In this document: piece after piece, positions 16,716 through 25,232 of the stretch
Numbering within the stretch: position 1 is the stretch's first letter
How the letters are laid out: each line of letters starts with the position of its first letter
Assembly (NCBI GenBank): GCA_964595705.1
Contig: CAZQSC010000001.1
Span: forward strand, 1-43,809
Length of the DNA stretch: 43,809 nt
Origin: an uncultured bacterium
GTDB lineage: Bacteria > Latescibacterota > MVCY01
Reading direction: 5' to 3'
Made by a program: the position numbers and the translations under genes
The notes under the pieces: generated by a model
What the model was told of the DNA's origin: nothing
Database searches by the model: none
What the model saw: the letters and a program-made list of their open reading frames with translations, nothing else

Positions 16716-17753
16716 GTGGGAACAAAAAAGTTCACATACGCCAAGGCAGGGGTAGACATCGAGGCGGCTAATCTCACCAAACAGAGAATAAGATCTATTG
16801 TTCGTTCTACCTTCCGCCCTGAGGTCCTCTCCGATGTGGGCAGCTTTGGAGGAGTTTTTGCACCTAAGTGGCAGAAGTATAGAGAACCTGTGTTAGTCTC
16901 CAGCGTCGATAGCGTAGGCACAAAGCTGAAGATAGCCTTCCGGATGGGGGTGCATAATACGGTGGGCATAGACATTGTCTCCCACTGTGTCAACGATATC
17001 CTGGTGCAGGGAGCAGAACCACTCTTCTTTATGGACTACATCGCTATGGCAGAACACCGAGGTGATGTAGTGGTGGAGATCATCGAAGGGATTGCCCAAG
17101 GCTGTCGGGCGGCTGGCTGCGCCCTGTTGGGCGGGGAGATGGCCGAGTTGCCTGGATTCTACCACAAGGGAGAGTACGACCTGGTAGGGATGATCGTAGG
17201 AGTGGTGGATCGCCAGAAGATTATCGACGGCTCAAATATCAGGCCCGGAGACCTTATTATTGGCTTAGCATCGAACGGACTTCACACCAATGGCTACTCC
17301 TTGGCCAGAAAGCTACTCTTTGAAGTAGCCGGCCTGGATGTGCACAGCTTCGTTGAGTCTCTGGGAACAACGGTAGGAGAGGAACTGCTCAGGCCTCATC
17401 ACTGCTATGCCCGGCCAGTGCTGAAGTTGCTGGAGACCTTTCCTGTGCATGGGATAGCCCACATCACCGGCGGTGGGCTTCAGGACAATATCCCCCGGAT
17501 CCTGCCTTCCGGGATGGGGGCGGAAATCCGCCTGGGAACCTGGGAAATTCCCCCCATATTTCCACTGTTGCAACGGATAGGAGATGTGCCTCAAGAGGAG
17601 ATGCTCCACACCTTTAATATGGGTATCGGGCTGGTTCTTGTGGTGCCAGACCAAAGGTGCCAACAAGTACGGCAGTTTTTAGAAAAGCAAGGGGAAAGAA
17701 CTTTCCTTATCGGCGAGATCGCCCGAGGAGAGCAAAAAGTGGGCTTCGTTTAG
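16716..17753 (+). CDS. purM: phosphoribosylformylglycinamidine cyclo-ligase (AIR synthetase)
   Basis: GTG start with an AAGGAG SD 7 nt upstream. YAKAGVDIEAAN, VSSVDSVGTKLKIA, DIVSHCVNDILVQGAEPLFFMDY and GLASNGLHTNGYSLAR are canonical PurM motifs. Confidence 0.95.
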   Translation: MGTKKFTYAKAGVDIEAANLTKQRIRSIVRSTFRPEVLSDVGSFGGVFAPKWQKYREPVLVSSVDSVGTKLKIAFRMGVHNTVGIDIVSHCVNDILVQGAEPLFFMDYIAMAEHRGDVVVEIIEGIAQGCRAAGCALLGGEMAELPGFYHKGEYDLVGMIVGVVDRQKIIDGSNIRPGDLIIGLASNGLHTNGYSLARKLLFEVAGLDVHSFVESLGTTVGEELLRPHHCYARPVLKLLETFPVHGIAHITGGGLQDNIPRILPSGMGAEIRLGTWEIPPIFPLLQRIGDVPQEEMLHTFNMGIGLVLVVPDQRCQQVRQFLEKQGERTFLIGEIARGEQKVGFV

Positions 17754-17784
17754 CCCAGGGGCTTATAAAAGATCAGTAAAAATT

Positions 17785-17808
17785 AGGGGCGATTCATAAA
17801 TCGCCCCT
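17785..17808 (+). terminator. hairpin after purM (possible terminator, no U-tract)
   Basis: Perfect 10-bp stem AGGGGCGATT / AATCGCCCCT with a 4-nt loop, 32 nt after the purM stop. The T-run is on the opposite side (AAAAATT upstream). Confidence 0.45.
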
Positions 17809-17988
17809 ACAATGATCCAAATTCGGAACATTTGGTAAGCGGATTATCATAAAACCGTTCACCGTTAGATCTCTATTTACAGGATGAGCGGGCAACTCTA
17901 ACACACTTTAATTGTAAGACTTGCGGAGTGCAAAAATCCTTGGCAAATTAGCTCGTCTTCAAGGGATACAACCGGAAGAAGGAGAACC

Positions 17989-18378
17989 TTGTCTAACAGG
18001 GAGATTTTCCTAAAATACCGGCTGCCGGCGATCCTATGGGCTACCTTTATATTCATCGGTTCCTCTATTCCCGGCAAAACACTGCCCCCTCTGCGCATAT
18101 TCTCCTGGGATAAGTTGCTTCACATATGCGAATTCGGCATATTGGGACTCCTGCTGGCCAGGGCCTTCAGTAGTTGGCTGAACACAGAGAAGACAGGAAC
18201 ATTAGTAACCTTTGCTGCCTCCACCGGCGTCCTCTGGGCACTGCTGGATGAAGTCCACCAGATGTTTGTCCCGGGCAGGGACGCCAGTATTTACGATTTC
18301 CTTGCCGATACACTGGGAGTGATAGTTGCCCAAGTCATCTTCACCCAGATCTGGCAACGAAAGCCTCACCGTCCTTAG
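17989..18378 (+). CDS. VanZ-like family membrane protein
   Basis: TTG start after AAGGAG. 129 aa with four hydrophobic segments. DKLLHICEFGILG and LLDEVHQMFVPGRDASIYDFLADTLG match VanZ-like proteins. Confidence 0.75.
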   Translation: MSNREIFLKYRLPAILWATFIFIGSSIPGKTLPPLRIFSWDKLLHICEFGILGLLLARAFSSWLNTEKTGTLVTFAASTGVLWALLDEVHQMFVPGRDASIYDFLADTLGVIVAQVIFTQIWQRKPHRP

Positions 18379-18680
18379 CCCTGTGTCACAGGCGTCTGGA
18401 ATCCAATGCTTTTCTCCCCTCGGGGAGCTACTTTAATCTGACCAAATTGGGCCTCGTATTTTTCGACATTTTCTCTCAGGGCCTTCTCCAGCAGTTTAGC
18501 ATGGTGAGGGGTCATAACAACTCTGGCGTAAACCCTCCCTTTAGGCGCTCCCGGAAGCACCCTGGCGAAATCGATAATAAACTCTGAAGGGGTGTGAGTG
18601 ATCACAGCCAGGTTGGAATAGATTCCCTCGGACTCCTTCTCTCCCAGTTCGATGTTGATCTTTTGGCGTTTCTCTCCCAT
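18375..18680 (-). CDS. DUF3467 domain-containing protein
   Basis: 101 aa. IELGEKESEGIYSNLAVITHTPSEFIIDFARVLPG....V.ARVVMTPHHAKLL is the DUF3467 pattern as I remember it. Its stop overlaps the convergent VanZ stop (TTAG). Confidence 0.75.
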   Translation of the reverse strand: MGEKRQKINIELGEKESEGIYSNLAVITHTPSEFIIDFARVLPGAPKGRVYARVVMTPHHAKLLEKALRENVEKYEAQFGQIKVAPRGEKSIGFQTPVTQG

Positions 18681-18883
18681 CTATCTCCCTTCGTTCTATT
18701 TATCAGGGCTCATCTCCCTAATGCATTTGTTGTTGATCAGAGATGAGGGAATTAAAAAAGAGAGGTTTTCCCCCTGATCAACCTTTATTAGAGGTGGTAG
18801 TGCACTGGGCCTATCCCTCCAAAATCTGCCGTACCTTATGGGCCAATTGGACAGGGCTAAAGGGGTTGCTCAAAAAAGGGAGG

Positions 18884-18919
18884 GTTGAATCCCAAAAAAA
18901 GCAGAGAGTTACTAAAATC
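18884..18919 (-). terminator. candidate rho-independent terminator of the minus-strand OMP operon
   Basis: On the minus strand, AGCAGGG pairs with CTCTGCT (7 bp, one G-U) around a 16-nt loop, followed by TTTTTT. It lies 26 nt after the stop at 18945. Confidence 0.45.
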
Positions 18920-18944
18920 CCGCCCTGCTTGTGAGAAAAAGTTT

Positions 18945-20279
18945 TTAAAATCGGTAAGTTGCGGTTACAAACAGCCTGTCTGCCTTGTGCTTCTGCGTTA
19001 AATTGCCCTCGGTCTGTTCCCAGCTCCCATGGACCCAGGCAGCGTCGATGGAGAAGACTCTGTCCACCGTGGTGCCCGCACCCAGGGTGAGCCATCTCCT
19101 CTGCTTAGTGGTTCGAATAGCTGAGCCGTAGCCCGATCGGGGGCCAAGATAAGCAACCGGGTCGGTGTAGAACCCCGCCCGCAGTTTTATCTCCGTAAAA
19201 GGCACGGAGACCTCGCCTCCGAAGTGCAGCCTCCAGACCTCCTTATATTTCAGCCGGAAATCGCTACTGCTGCCAAAATCTGAGGGCAAATCTTTATATT
19301 CTGTCTGCTTCCAATCGGCATAATGGGCGCCAAAGGCCAAAATCAGCCCAGGGGTGGTCCAGGAAACTCCAAAGCCAAACTGGTAAGGGAGCTTAACCTT
19401 GTATTCGAGGAAATAGGCCACATCAGGCCAATCCCAGGTAAAGATACTGTCCGGGGTAACAGTTCTGTATTCATCCCACCAGTTCTTCTCCACCTTGTAG
19501 GTTACGGGGGAAGAAACAGTCGCTGCAAATTTAAGACTTCCCTGGCCTTTGAGGATTGTTGCCAGCTTCAGGTTTGTGCCGCTATATTGGTCAGAACAGC
19601 GGATATGGCCGTAGAGGCTGTCCAGATCGGCGTGGACTTGTTTACCGTCGGCCAAGCTTAGATCCCATCTCAGGTTGCTGTCTCCGGTCCAGAAGTTGAT
19701 TGCCCCCCCTACTGAGAGATTGGGAGAAAGGTCGATTGCCCCGGCAACCGACCATGCCCCGATACCACCGTCAATCGTCATATGTTCTTGTTGCTGAAAG
19801 CGAAAGTCGTCATTGTAGCCCAGGGCGGAGGCTCCAAACTCAAAATCTTTCAGCCTGTTAAATCCTATAGCAAAGACAAGGCTGCCCCGAGTGGTGGGAA
19901 CAGGGAGCACTGCACCGATAGAACTCAGGCGGGCGCTGGTAATCTGTTCAGAGTGCGGGGAATCTGGTCTAAAGAGAGAATCCACTTGTCTTTTCCAATA
20001 AGGAAGGAGAGTGCCGGAGAGCTGCATCTGTCTGACTTGGGCAAGTCCTGCTGGATTCCAGTAGAGAGCGGAGAGGTCGTTAGCTACCGCAATGTAAGCC
20101 CCTCCCATCCCCATTGCCCTTGCTCCCAGCCCGCTGAAATTGTCGACAGTAAGTTCCTCGGGACCAAGTAGGGGGTCTTTGTAGTCTAATATCTCCTGGC
20201 AAAACCCACCTCTAGGGAGTAGAATCACCACCATAATAGCTCCCATCAGTGTTCTAATCGTGCTACTTGGAATTCTCAT
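18945..20279 (-). CDS. FadL/TodX/PorV-like outer-membrane beta-barrel protein
   Basis: 444 aa with a signal-like N-terminus. GARAMGMGGAYIAVANDLSALYWNPAGLA is the N-terminal hatch motif shared by FadL-type transporters and PorV-like barrels. The C-terminus is ...VTATYRF. The start overlaps the upstream stop (ATGA). Confidence 0.7.
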   Translation of the reverse strand: MRIPSSTIRTLMGAIMVVILLPRGGFCQEILDYKDPLLGPEELTVDNFSGLGARAMGMGGAYIAVANDLSALYWNPAGLAQVRQMQLSGTLLPYWKRQVDSLFRPDSPHSEQITSARLSSIGAVLPVPTTRGSLVFAIGFNRLKDFEFGASALGYNDDFRFQQQEHMTIDGGIGAWSVAGAIDLSPNLSVGGAINFWTGDSNLRWDLSLADGKQVHADLDSLYGHIRCSDQYSGTNLKLATILKGQGSLKFAATVSSPVTYKVEKNWWDEYRTVTPDSIFTWDWPDVAYFLEYKVKLPYQFGFGVSWTTPGLILAFGAHYADWKQTEYKDLPSDFGSSSDFRLKYKEVWRLHFGGEVSVPFTEIKLRAGFYTDPVAYLGPRSGYGSAIRTTKQRRWLTLGAGTTVDRVFSIDAAWVHGSWEQTEGNLTQKHKADRLFVTATYRF

Positions 20280-20998
20280 CTCTGCCTCGCTTCTTTAGAA
20301 TCTGGCTTTCTCCTCCTTTTGGACGTCTCCTTCTTCTTCTCTTCCTTCTCCTCGGTGGAAGTCCGAGATCTTTTTCTCTCCACGGCTTTTTTCACCTCAG
20401 TTGCCCCCTGGGTCTCCTGTCCTATCACCCTCTTTTCTGAGCGACTCTCTGGCCGGGAACGAATCCAGAGGGATGTTTCTTCCCCAGTGATCGTCTTTTC
20501 GATCTCTGAAGAGGTGCGGGATGTAGCCCTGTCGTATCCCCGTCTTCTGGTAGGTTGGGGTTTCTCCTGCCGGTAGTACCTCTCTCCCCACCAGGGATCC
20601 CAGTAGTAATAGCCTGGATAATCATAATAACCCCAGCTGTAATAGGAGGGGCTATACCAGGGGTGGTAGACCCTAACCCAGTATAGATCATCCCAACAGG
20701 GTTCATACCAGTAATATGTCTCACACCAGTTCCAATAGTCCCAATAAGAGCGCCAGCGGAGGTAAGAAGGCCAGTAAAAGCGCGATCTGAACCAGTATGG
20801 CTCGTCCCAGCCAGGGACATATTGATAGTAGAAATAGTAGTGGTATTCCGGGACGAGCTTCTCTTTCTGTCCCTGAACCACCGGTGGTTCCTCCGATACC
20901 CGGGTGAAAAGCTTCACCTGGGTGTAACAACCGGCAAGGGCAAGCAGCCCCAAGCTGAGCACCACTGTAAGCAGTGCCCTCTTGTTTCCTTTAAACAT
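20276..20998 (-). CDS. lipoprotein with an extremely Tyr/Trp-rich core and a highly charged C-terminal tail (no family recognised)
   Basis: GGAGGTG SD 7 nt upstream of ATG 20998. Signal peptide plus the lipobox LAGC. Residues 52-142 are about half aromatic. The tail is rich in R/K/E/S. The gene is translationally coupled to the downstream barrel gene. Confidence 0.7.
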   Translation of the reverse strand: MFKGNKRALLTVVLSLGLLALAGCYTQVKLFTRVSEEPPVVQGQKEKLVPEYHYYFYYQYVPGWDEPYWFRSRFYWPSYLRWRSYWDYWNWCETYYWYEPCWDDLYWVRVYHPWYSPSYYSWGYYDYPGYYYWDPWWGERYYRQEKPQPTRRRGYDRATSRTSSEIEKTITGEETSLWIRSRPESRSEKRVIGQETQGATEVKKAVERKRSRTSTEEKEEKKKETSKRRRKPDSKEARQR

Positions 20999-21129
20999 AG
21001 AAAACCACCTCCGATAAGCTCAAAGTCTTTTTCTCCCCATCTATAAAACGCCTCAATGGAAGAATAGTTGCATCAGGTTCCTGCAGGCCTAAGATCAGCA
21101 AGATCTTTAACTTGACCAAGAAGGGTAAT

Positions 21130-21202
21130 TTGGTGAGTGGTGAGTTCGCCCTGCCCGGTCACTCACTGATGACTAATGACTGATGACCGATGACTAATGA
21201 CC
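21130..21202. repeat. heptad-repeat intergenic element, copy C
   Basis: TTGGTGA GTGGTGA (21130-21143), a spacer, CACTCAC, then CTGATGA CTAATGA CTGATGA CCGATGA CTAATGA (21166-21200). GTGAGTG (21133-21139) is complementary to CACTCAC (21160-21166). The reverse complement matches copy A. Confidence 0.65.
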
Positions 21203-21215
21203 TATATTAATCTTC

Positions 21216-21971
21216 TCAGAAATATTCTAAATAGACCACCCTCAACTCTCGATTGGGCTTAGAGCTATCCTTGGCATTTCGGAGCAGGTCTTTTACATCC
21301 AGTTCGAGGTTCAGGCGGCTGGCGAATGTCCAGCGCAGACCAGCGTTCAGATAGCCCCCTCCTGAACCTAAAGCATTGGGGCCGTTGTCGTTCTGGGCCA
21401 GGTCGTACTCAGCCAGCACCACTAAGTCTGGCCCTAAGTATTTGTCCAGACCAAAGTAGCCAGAGATGTCTTTATCCTCGTCGCCTTTTTCTAAGCTGTA
21501 ATTAACCCCAGCGTGAAGACCACACGGCCCCAGAAAAGAGTACCCTTTACTGAGAGTTAAATAGAACCCCTTTGACTTGGTGCCATATCTTTTCAGCTCC
21601 TTATGATACTTGCCGAATCCCTGGGAGTCGAAGCCCACTGCCACAGCAGGATAAAGCCCTCCTTCATCGAACAGGCGGATTTTCACTGCCACGCCCACCG
21701 TTGGGTTCCAGACCACGGGTTGATTGCCGATAATCTGGGTGCCGCCGAAGCAAAGTCCTACCAGAAAACTGTCGGTCAGCCCTACATCAACCCCGGCCAG
21801 AATCCCCCCTTCGGAGAACACCCTCAGGTCCAGAGTAAAGCTTCCCCGGGGTAGAAGTCCAGCAGTAGGGCATTCTACCAGATCCTGTGGCTCTATCTCG
21901 CTCTGCTGTGCCCAGCTTAAAGAGCAAAAGACTACAATTGCCAACAACACCAGTGAAAATTTCTTCAACAT
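21216..21971 (-). CDS. small outer-membrane beta-barrel protein (family not recognised)
   Basis: 251 aa. Signal peptide MLKKFSLVLLAIVVFCSLSWAQ, alternating-strand pattern, and C-terminal ...RVVYLEYF with a terminal Phe. Confidence 0.6.
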   Translation of the reverse strand: MLKKFSLVLLAIVVFCSLSWAQQSEIEPQDLVECPTAGLLPRGSFTLDLRVFSEGGILAGVDVGLTDSFLVGLCFGGTQIIGNQPVVWNPTVGVAVKIRLFDEGGLYPAVAVGFDSQGFGKYHKELKRYGTKSKGFYLTLSKGYSFLGPCGLHAGVNYSLEKGDEDKDISGYFGLDKYLGPDLVVLAEYDLAQNDNGPNALGSGGGYLNAGLRWTFASRLNLELDVKDLLRNAKDSSKPNRELRVVYLEYF

Positions 21972-22123
21972 CCTTCTCCTCCTCGATAAATTTTCCCGAC
22001 ATTAAGGTAAGTCGCTCTGGTCCTTACACGCTTTTTACCTTCAAGATAGCTATCTCTAGAACAAAAAGTGCCCCCCTTTTATAAAAACTTGTCTCTGTGG
22101 TTTCTAAACGTAATACTCAGATT

Positions 22124-23500
22124 CTACTCCTTCTTCTCTCCTACCTCACCCGATTCTGCAGCCTTTTGAACTATATCTTCCACTTTCACCGAGAGGTCCT
22201 TCACAATGTTATCTTTAACCAAGAAGACAGTAGGGCTTTGTTTCGTTTTAACATATACTAAGTCACCCTTTTTCTTACCCAGCAAAAGTTCCACTACTGG
22301 ATTTTCATCTTTCCAGAGTCTGGCTATGATCTGTGGCTTATCCAGTCCGTATTTGGAAAGCCTTCCGGGTTTTTCTGTCACGAACTGCTGGGCTTTCAGT
22401 CCCTTGATATCCCACAACATACCGCTGATCTTCCAATCTTTTGCCTTCCTCTCTACCGGCTGGTTCAACTGCCAGCTTCCGGAGGTATCTTTAACGCAGA
22501 GGATGGTAGTATCCGGGTAGATAAGTTCCAGTTTATTAATTTCCTTTACCTCAAATTCAGCTACAGTCTTGTCCCGCAGGTCGAAAGGTGTTTTTCGTAA
22601 CTGTTTAACTAAGTCTGCTCCAACCAAGAAGACGGGACTGCGGGATTCATCCCAGGCATAGTAGTTCTCGCCCTTCTTGTCGCCGATTCGGAGCAGTTTC
22701 CTCGCCTTATCCTCTCCCACCCAGAGGGTGACCTCCACCTGGGGTTTGTGCAACCCATATTTTCTGAGGCTCTCCGGCTTCTCGTCCACGAATTCCTTGG
22801 CCTTGGCATTTTTCAGTCTGCTCAAAAGCCTCTCTATCTCATTCTTGTCTGCCTTCGTCTTAAGCGGTTTCTCCATTTGCCACTGGGGGCCCATCTGAGT
22901 GCAGACTATCCGCTGTCGCCCTTGGGCAAGTTCCAGTTTCCTAACCTCTGCCTTGTCAAAGGCAAGCACCCTTTTGTCTCGCAGGTCGTAAACGGTCTTC
23001 TCCAGTGAACTCAACAACCAGGAACGGAGGGTAAAAACCTGGGGGCGAGAGCTCTTCTGAGCAAAGACAAAATCACCGGTAGGGCTTCTGTCACCTAACA
23101 GAAGGGTGTCGGTGGTGCCTTTTTCTAAGTCTAAATACACTTTCACATTGGGATACAGAAGGCCAAACTCCGAGAGATTGGCAGCGCTGTCGGCCACCAC
23201 CTGCTCGGCCTTTGCACCCTCTAAGTTGCTAACAATTCTGTCTATTGCATCTTTATCTCCCTCAGTCTCAATGGGGTAGATCAGTCTCCAATCACCGTCG
23301 GGCTTTTTCGCACAGACTATTTTCTTCTCAGGATAAATCAAGGTTAATTTCTGCACATCCTCCTTTGAGAAGAGAAAGACCTTTTGTTCTGCCTCCTTCT
23401 GCTTCTTCATCTCTGCCGGACGCCGGACTTCATACAACCAGACATAAAGCCCTAAGGCCACCAGCACACCAGCCAGAATAGCAGTGGTTTTAAACTTCAT
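22124..23500 (-). CDS. DUF4340 domain-containing protein (membrane-anchored, three internal repeats)
   Basis: 458 aa with the N-terminal anchor TAILAGVLVALGLYVWLY. Three repeats share the pattern KL(T/E)LIYP....I.C.K...G.W.L..P...(K/E)AD......(L/I)...L...KA..FV. The position downstream of a GldG-like gene is the usual context for DUF4340. Confidence 0.8.
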   Translation of the reverse strand: MKFKTTAILAGVLVALGLYVWLYEVRRPAEMKKQKEAEQKVFLFSKEDVQKLTLIYPEKKIVCAKKPDGDWRLIYPIETEGDKDAIDRIVSNLEGAKAEQVVADSAANLSEFGLLYPNVKVYLDLEKGTTDTLLLGDRSPTGDFVFAQKSSRPQVFTLRSWLLSSLEKTVYDLRDKRVLAFDKAEVRKLELAQGRQRIVCTQMGPQWQMEKPLKTKADKNEIERLLSRLKNAKAKEFVDEKPESLRKYGLHKPQVEVTLWVGEDKARKLLRIGDKKGENYYAWDESRSPVFLVGADLVKQLRKTPFDLRDKTVAEFEVKEINKLELIYPDTTILCVKDTSGSWQLNQPVERKAKDWKISGMLWDIKGLKAQQFVTEKPGRLSKYGLDKPQIIARLWKDENPVVELLLGKKKGDLVYVKTKQSPTVFLVKDNIVKDLSVKVEDIVQKAAESGEVGEKKE

Positions 23501-23686
23501 TTCTTCCTTCTCCTGTTGTTAAAGTTAGTCTTAAATTAATCTTTTTCAAATTTAACTGCAAAGCCCCCAAAGAAGAGGCAAAGTTCGCTAAGCTTGTTTT
23601 CTTTCGGCTTGTTGACTAACTTCTCACCCCCAATGCCTTGCTTTTTTGGCGTCTCCTCTGCGATCTTTACAGCTAAATCTTCCTTC

Positions 23687-25228
23687 CTATCTTTTTCTTC
23701 TCCACCAGATGCTGACGCCGGTGATTAACACGGCAGCGGGGTAGATTATCAGCACCAACCAGAAGATGGTTTTGGCTTGGTTCTTGGTAAGTTGCAGGGG
23801 GTTAAATTCGGGACTTTTGGGCCGGATGGAGATAAGCTCTTCCTCCTCGGTCAGCCAGTTGATGCAGTTGAGGAACAGGTCCCCGTTGGCCTGCTGCTTG
23901 AAGAACTGGTTGTCAGCAAAGTCAGAATCTCCAAAGACCACCAGACGGGTTTTCCCCTTGGTAGCCCCTGTAGCTTTGGGCTCCCCACTGACAGCAACAG
24001 CCAGAGAGACGGGCCCTTTCTTGTCGGTCTTGGGGTCGAATCTGGGTACTTTGGCCTTCGCCTTCACAGGGGCCAGATCCGTCTCTGCCCAGCTCTGGGG
24101 CGAAGTCTTGGCCAATTCTGTCCCCTGCACTCCCCCCTTGCTCTGTTTCGACAGCGAAACCGACCGGGCCAGGGGATAGAAGCTCATCACTCTGAGATCT
24201 TTGGTAATGGGGTGATTTCCATAAATAGAGATTATGGGCATAGCGTAGCTAACCCCGAACAGGCTTCCTATGCCGCTGGCATCTACTACAAAGTCATTGC
24301 CGACCACGATCCCCCAGGAGGCGGCTATCCCTTCCAGGCCGGAGTAGACCCCTGGGTCCAGAAGGAAAAATGCCTTGCCTCCCCCATCCAGATAGTCTCG
24401 GATCATAGACAATTCCTTCACCAAATACTCTTTCTGGGGGCCAGCAGCAACCAGCAGGGAGCAGTCCTCAGGCACCTTATCCTTCTCTGCCAGAAGTAGG
24501 CTCTTAGGCTCGTAGTTGTTGTTCTTCAGCTCATCCCTGACCACACTGTAGCCTTCCCGGCCGGTGTCATCGAGCTCCTTCTCTCCATGTCCCTTAAGGA
24601 AATAGACCACCTTCTTCTCCTCTTTGCTCACCTTTAGAATGGCACTGGTGAGCTTCTTCTCGGTGGCCTTGCCAGTGAACCTCTCCTCACGGGTTCCGGA
24701 CTCAACCACTACAGTCTCATACTCCTTAATACCATATCGCCTTGCTTTCTCCGGACTTCTGTCTGGATCGACAAACTCGAAGGATACCTTACGTGAACGT
24801 GACCGGTAGCTTTCCAAAAGGTCCTTAAGCCTCTGTCCCCGGGCCTGCCGGTAAAAGGCAATGACCTTCACATCCCGGTTTAAGTTCTTCAGCACCTTAA
24901 TTGTCTGATCCGAAAGGCTGTAAATTTTAACCTTGGTGGTATCAAAGACCCAATGATGGCGCGTGCCGATGAAATTAACCAGCACAACTATCGCTAATAC
25001 AACGACTACCATAAGGATGGCATTTGTACCGTACTGGGTAGACCTCCGGCCCCAGAATTTTTTTACTATATCGAAACCTAAGGAGAAAAAGACGACCAAG
25101 AGGAGAAGGCCTCCAATTAAGGGTATACCCACTTTTAGATTGAATGACGGGGCGAGAGCAAGAAGAATCAGTCCAACCAGCAGTAATCCGGCCCCTACTA
25201 AACCGTAGATAGGCAGATATCTTCTCAT
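23687..25228 (-). CDS. GldG-like auxiliary component of an ABC-2 'gliding-motility-type' transporter
   Basis: I moved the start to ATG 25228 (GGAGGTG SD 5 nt upstream; the ORF track starts at TTG 25255). N-terminal TM segments and the C-terminal TM IFWLVLIIYPAAVLITGVSIWW flank a large periplasmic domain, as in GldG. Confidence 0.8.
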   Translation of the reverse strand: MRRYLPIYGLVGAGLLLVGLILLALAPSFNLKVGIPLIGGLLLLVVFFSLGFDIVKKFWGRRSTQYGTNAILMVVVVLAIVVLVNFIGTRHHWVFDTTKVKIYSLSDQTIKVLKNLNRDVKVIAFYRQARGQRLKDLLESYRSRSRKVSFEFVDPDRSPEKARRYGIKEYETVVVESGTREERFTGKATEKKLTSAILKVSKEEKKVVYFLKGHGEKELDDTGREGYSVVRDELKNNNYEPKSLLLAEKDKVPEDCSLLVAAGPQKEYLVKELSMIRDYLDGGGKAFFLLDPGVYSGLEGIAASWGIVVGNDFVVDASGIGSLFGVSYAMPIISIYGNHPITKDLRVMSFYPLARSVSLSKQSKGGVQGTELAKTSPQSWAETDLAPVKAKAKVPRFDPKTDKKGPVSLAVAVSGEPKATGATKGKTRLVVFGDSDFADNQFFKQQANGDLFLNCINWLTEEEELISIRPKSPEFNPLQLTKNQAKTIFWLVLIIYPAAVLITGVSIWWRRKR

Positions 25229-25232
25229 TTGC

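Noticed and set aside
18375-18378. The convergent VanZ-like and DUF3467 genes share overlapping stop codons (TTAG).
   Set aside because: The overlap is real in the sequence, but tail-to-tail 4-nt overlaps are common in compact genomes. I see no evidence of a functional antisense relationship.
18946-18962. A 17-nt exact match, TAAAATCGGTAAGTTGC, shared between the 3' end of the FadL/PorV-like gene (18946-18962) and the AT-rich spacer at 43548-43564. It might be a remnant of a paralogous OMP gene.
   Set aside because: The flanks do not align in DNA or in translation (only ATYRF is shared). My rough estimate is about 0.1 chance 17-mer matches expected in a window this size on both strands, so chance is not excluded. 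A genome-wide search would be needed.
21130-21202. The heptad arrays considered as a CRISPR array or as evidence of cyanobacterial origin.
   Set aside because: The units are 7 nt with no spacers and there are no cas genes, so they are not CRISPR. The gene content (PflX-type radical SAM, sigma-54 activator, corrinoid methyltransferase parts, Re-citrate-synthase-like enzyme, no photosynthesis genes) argues against a cyanobacterium, despite the STRR-like look.
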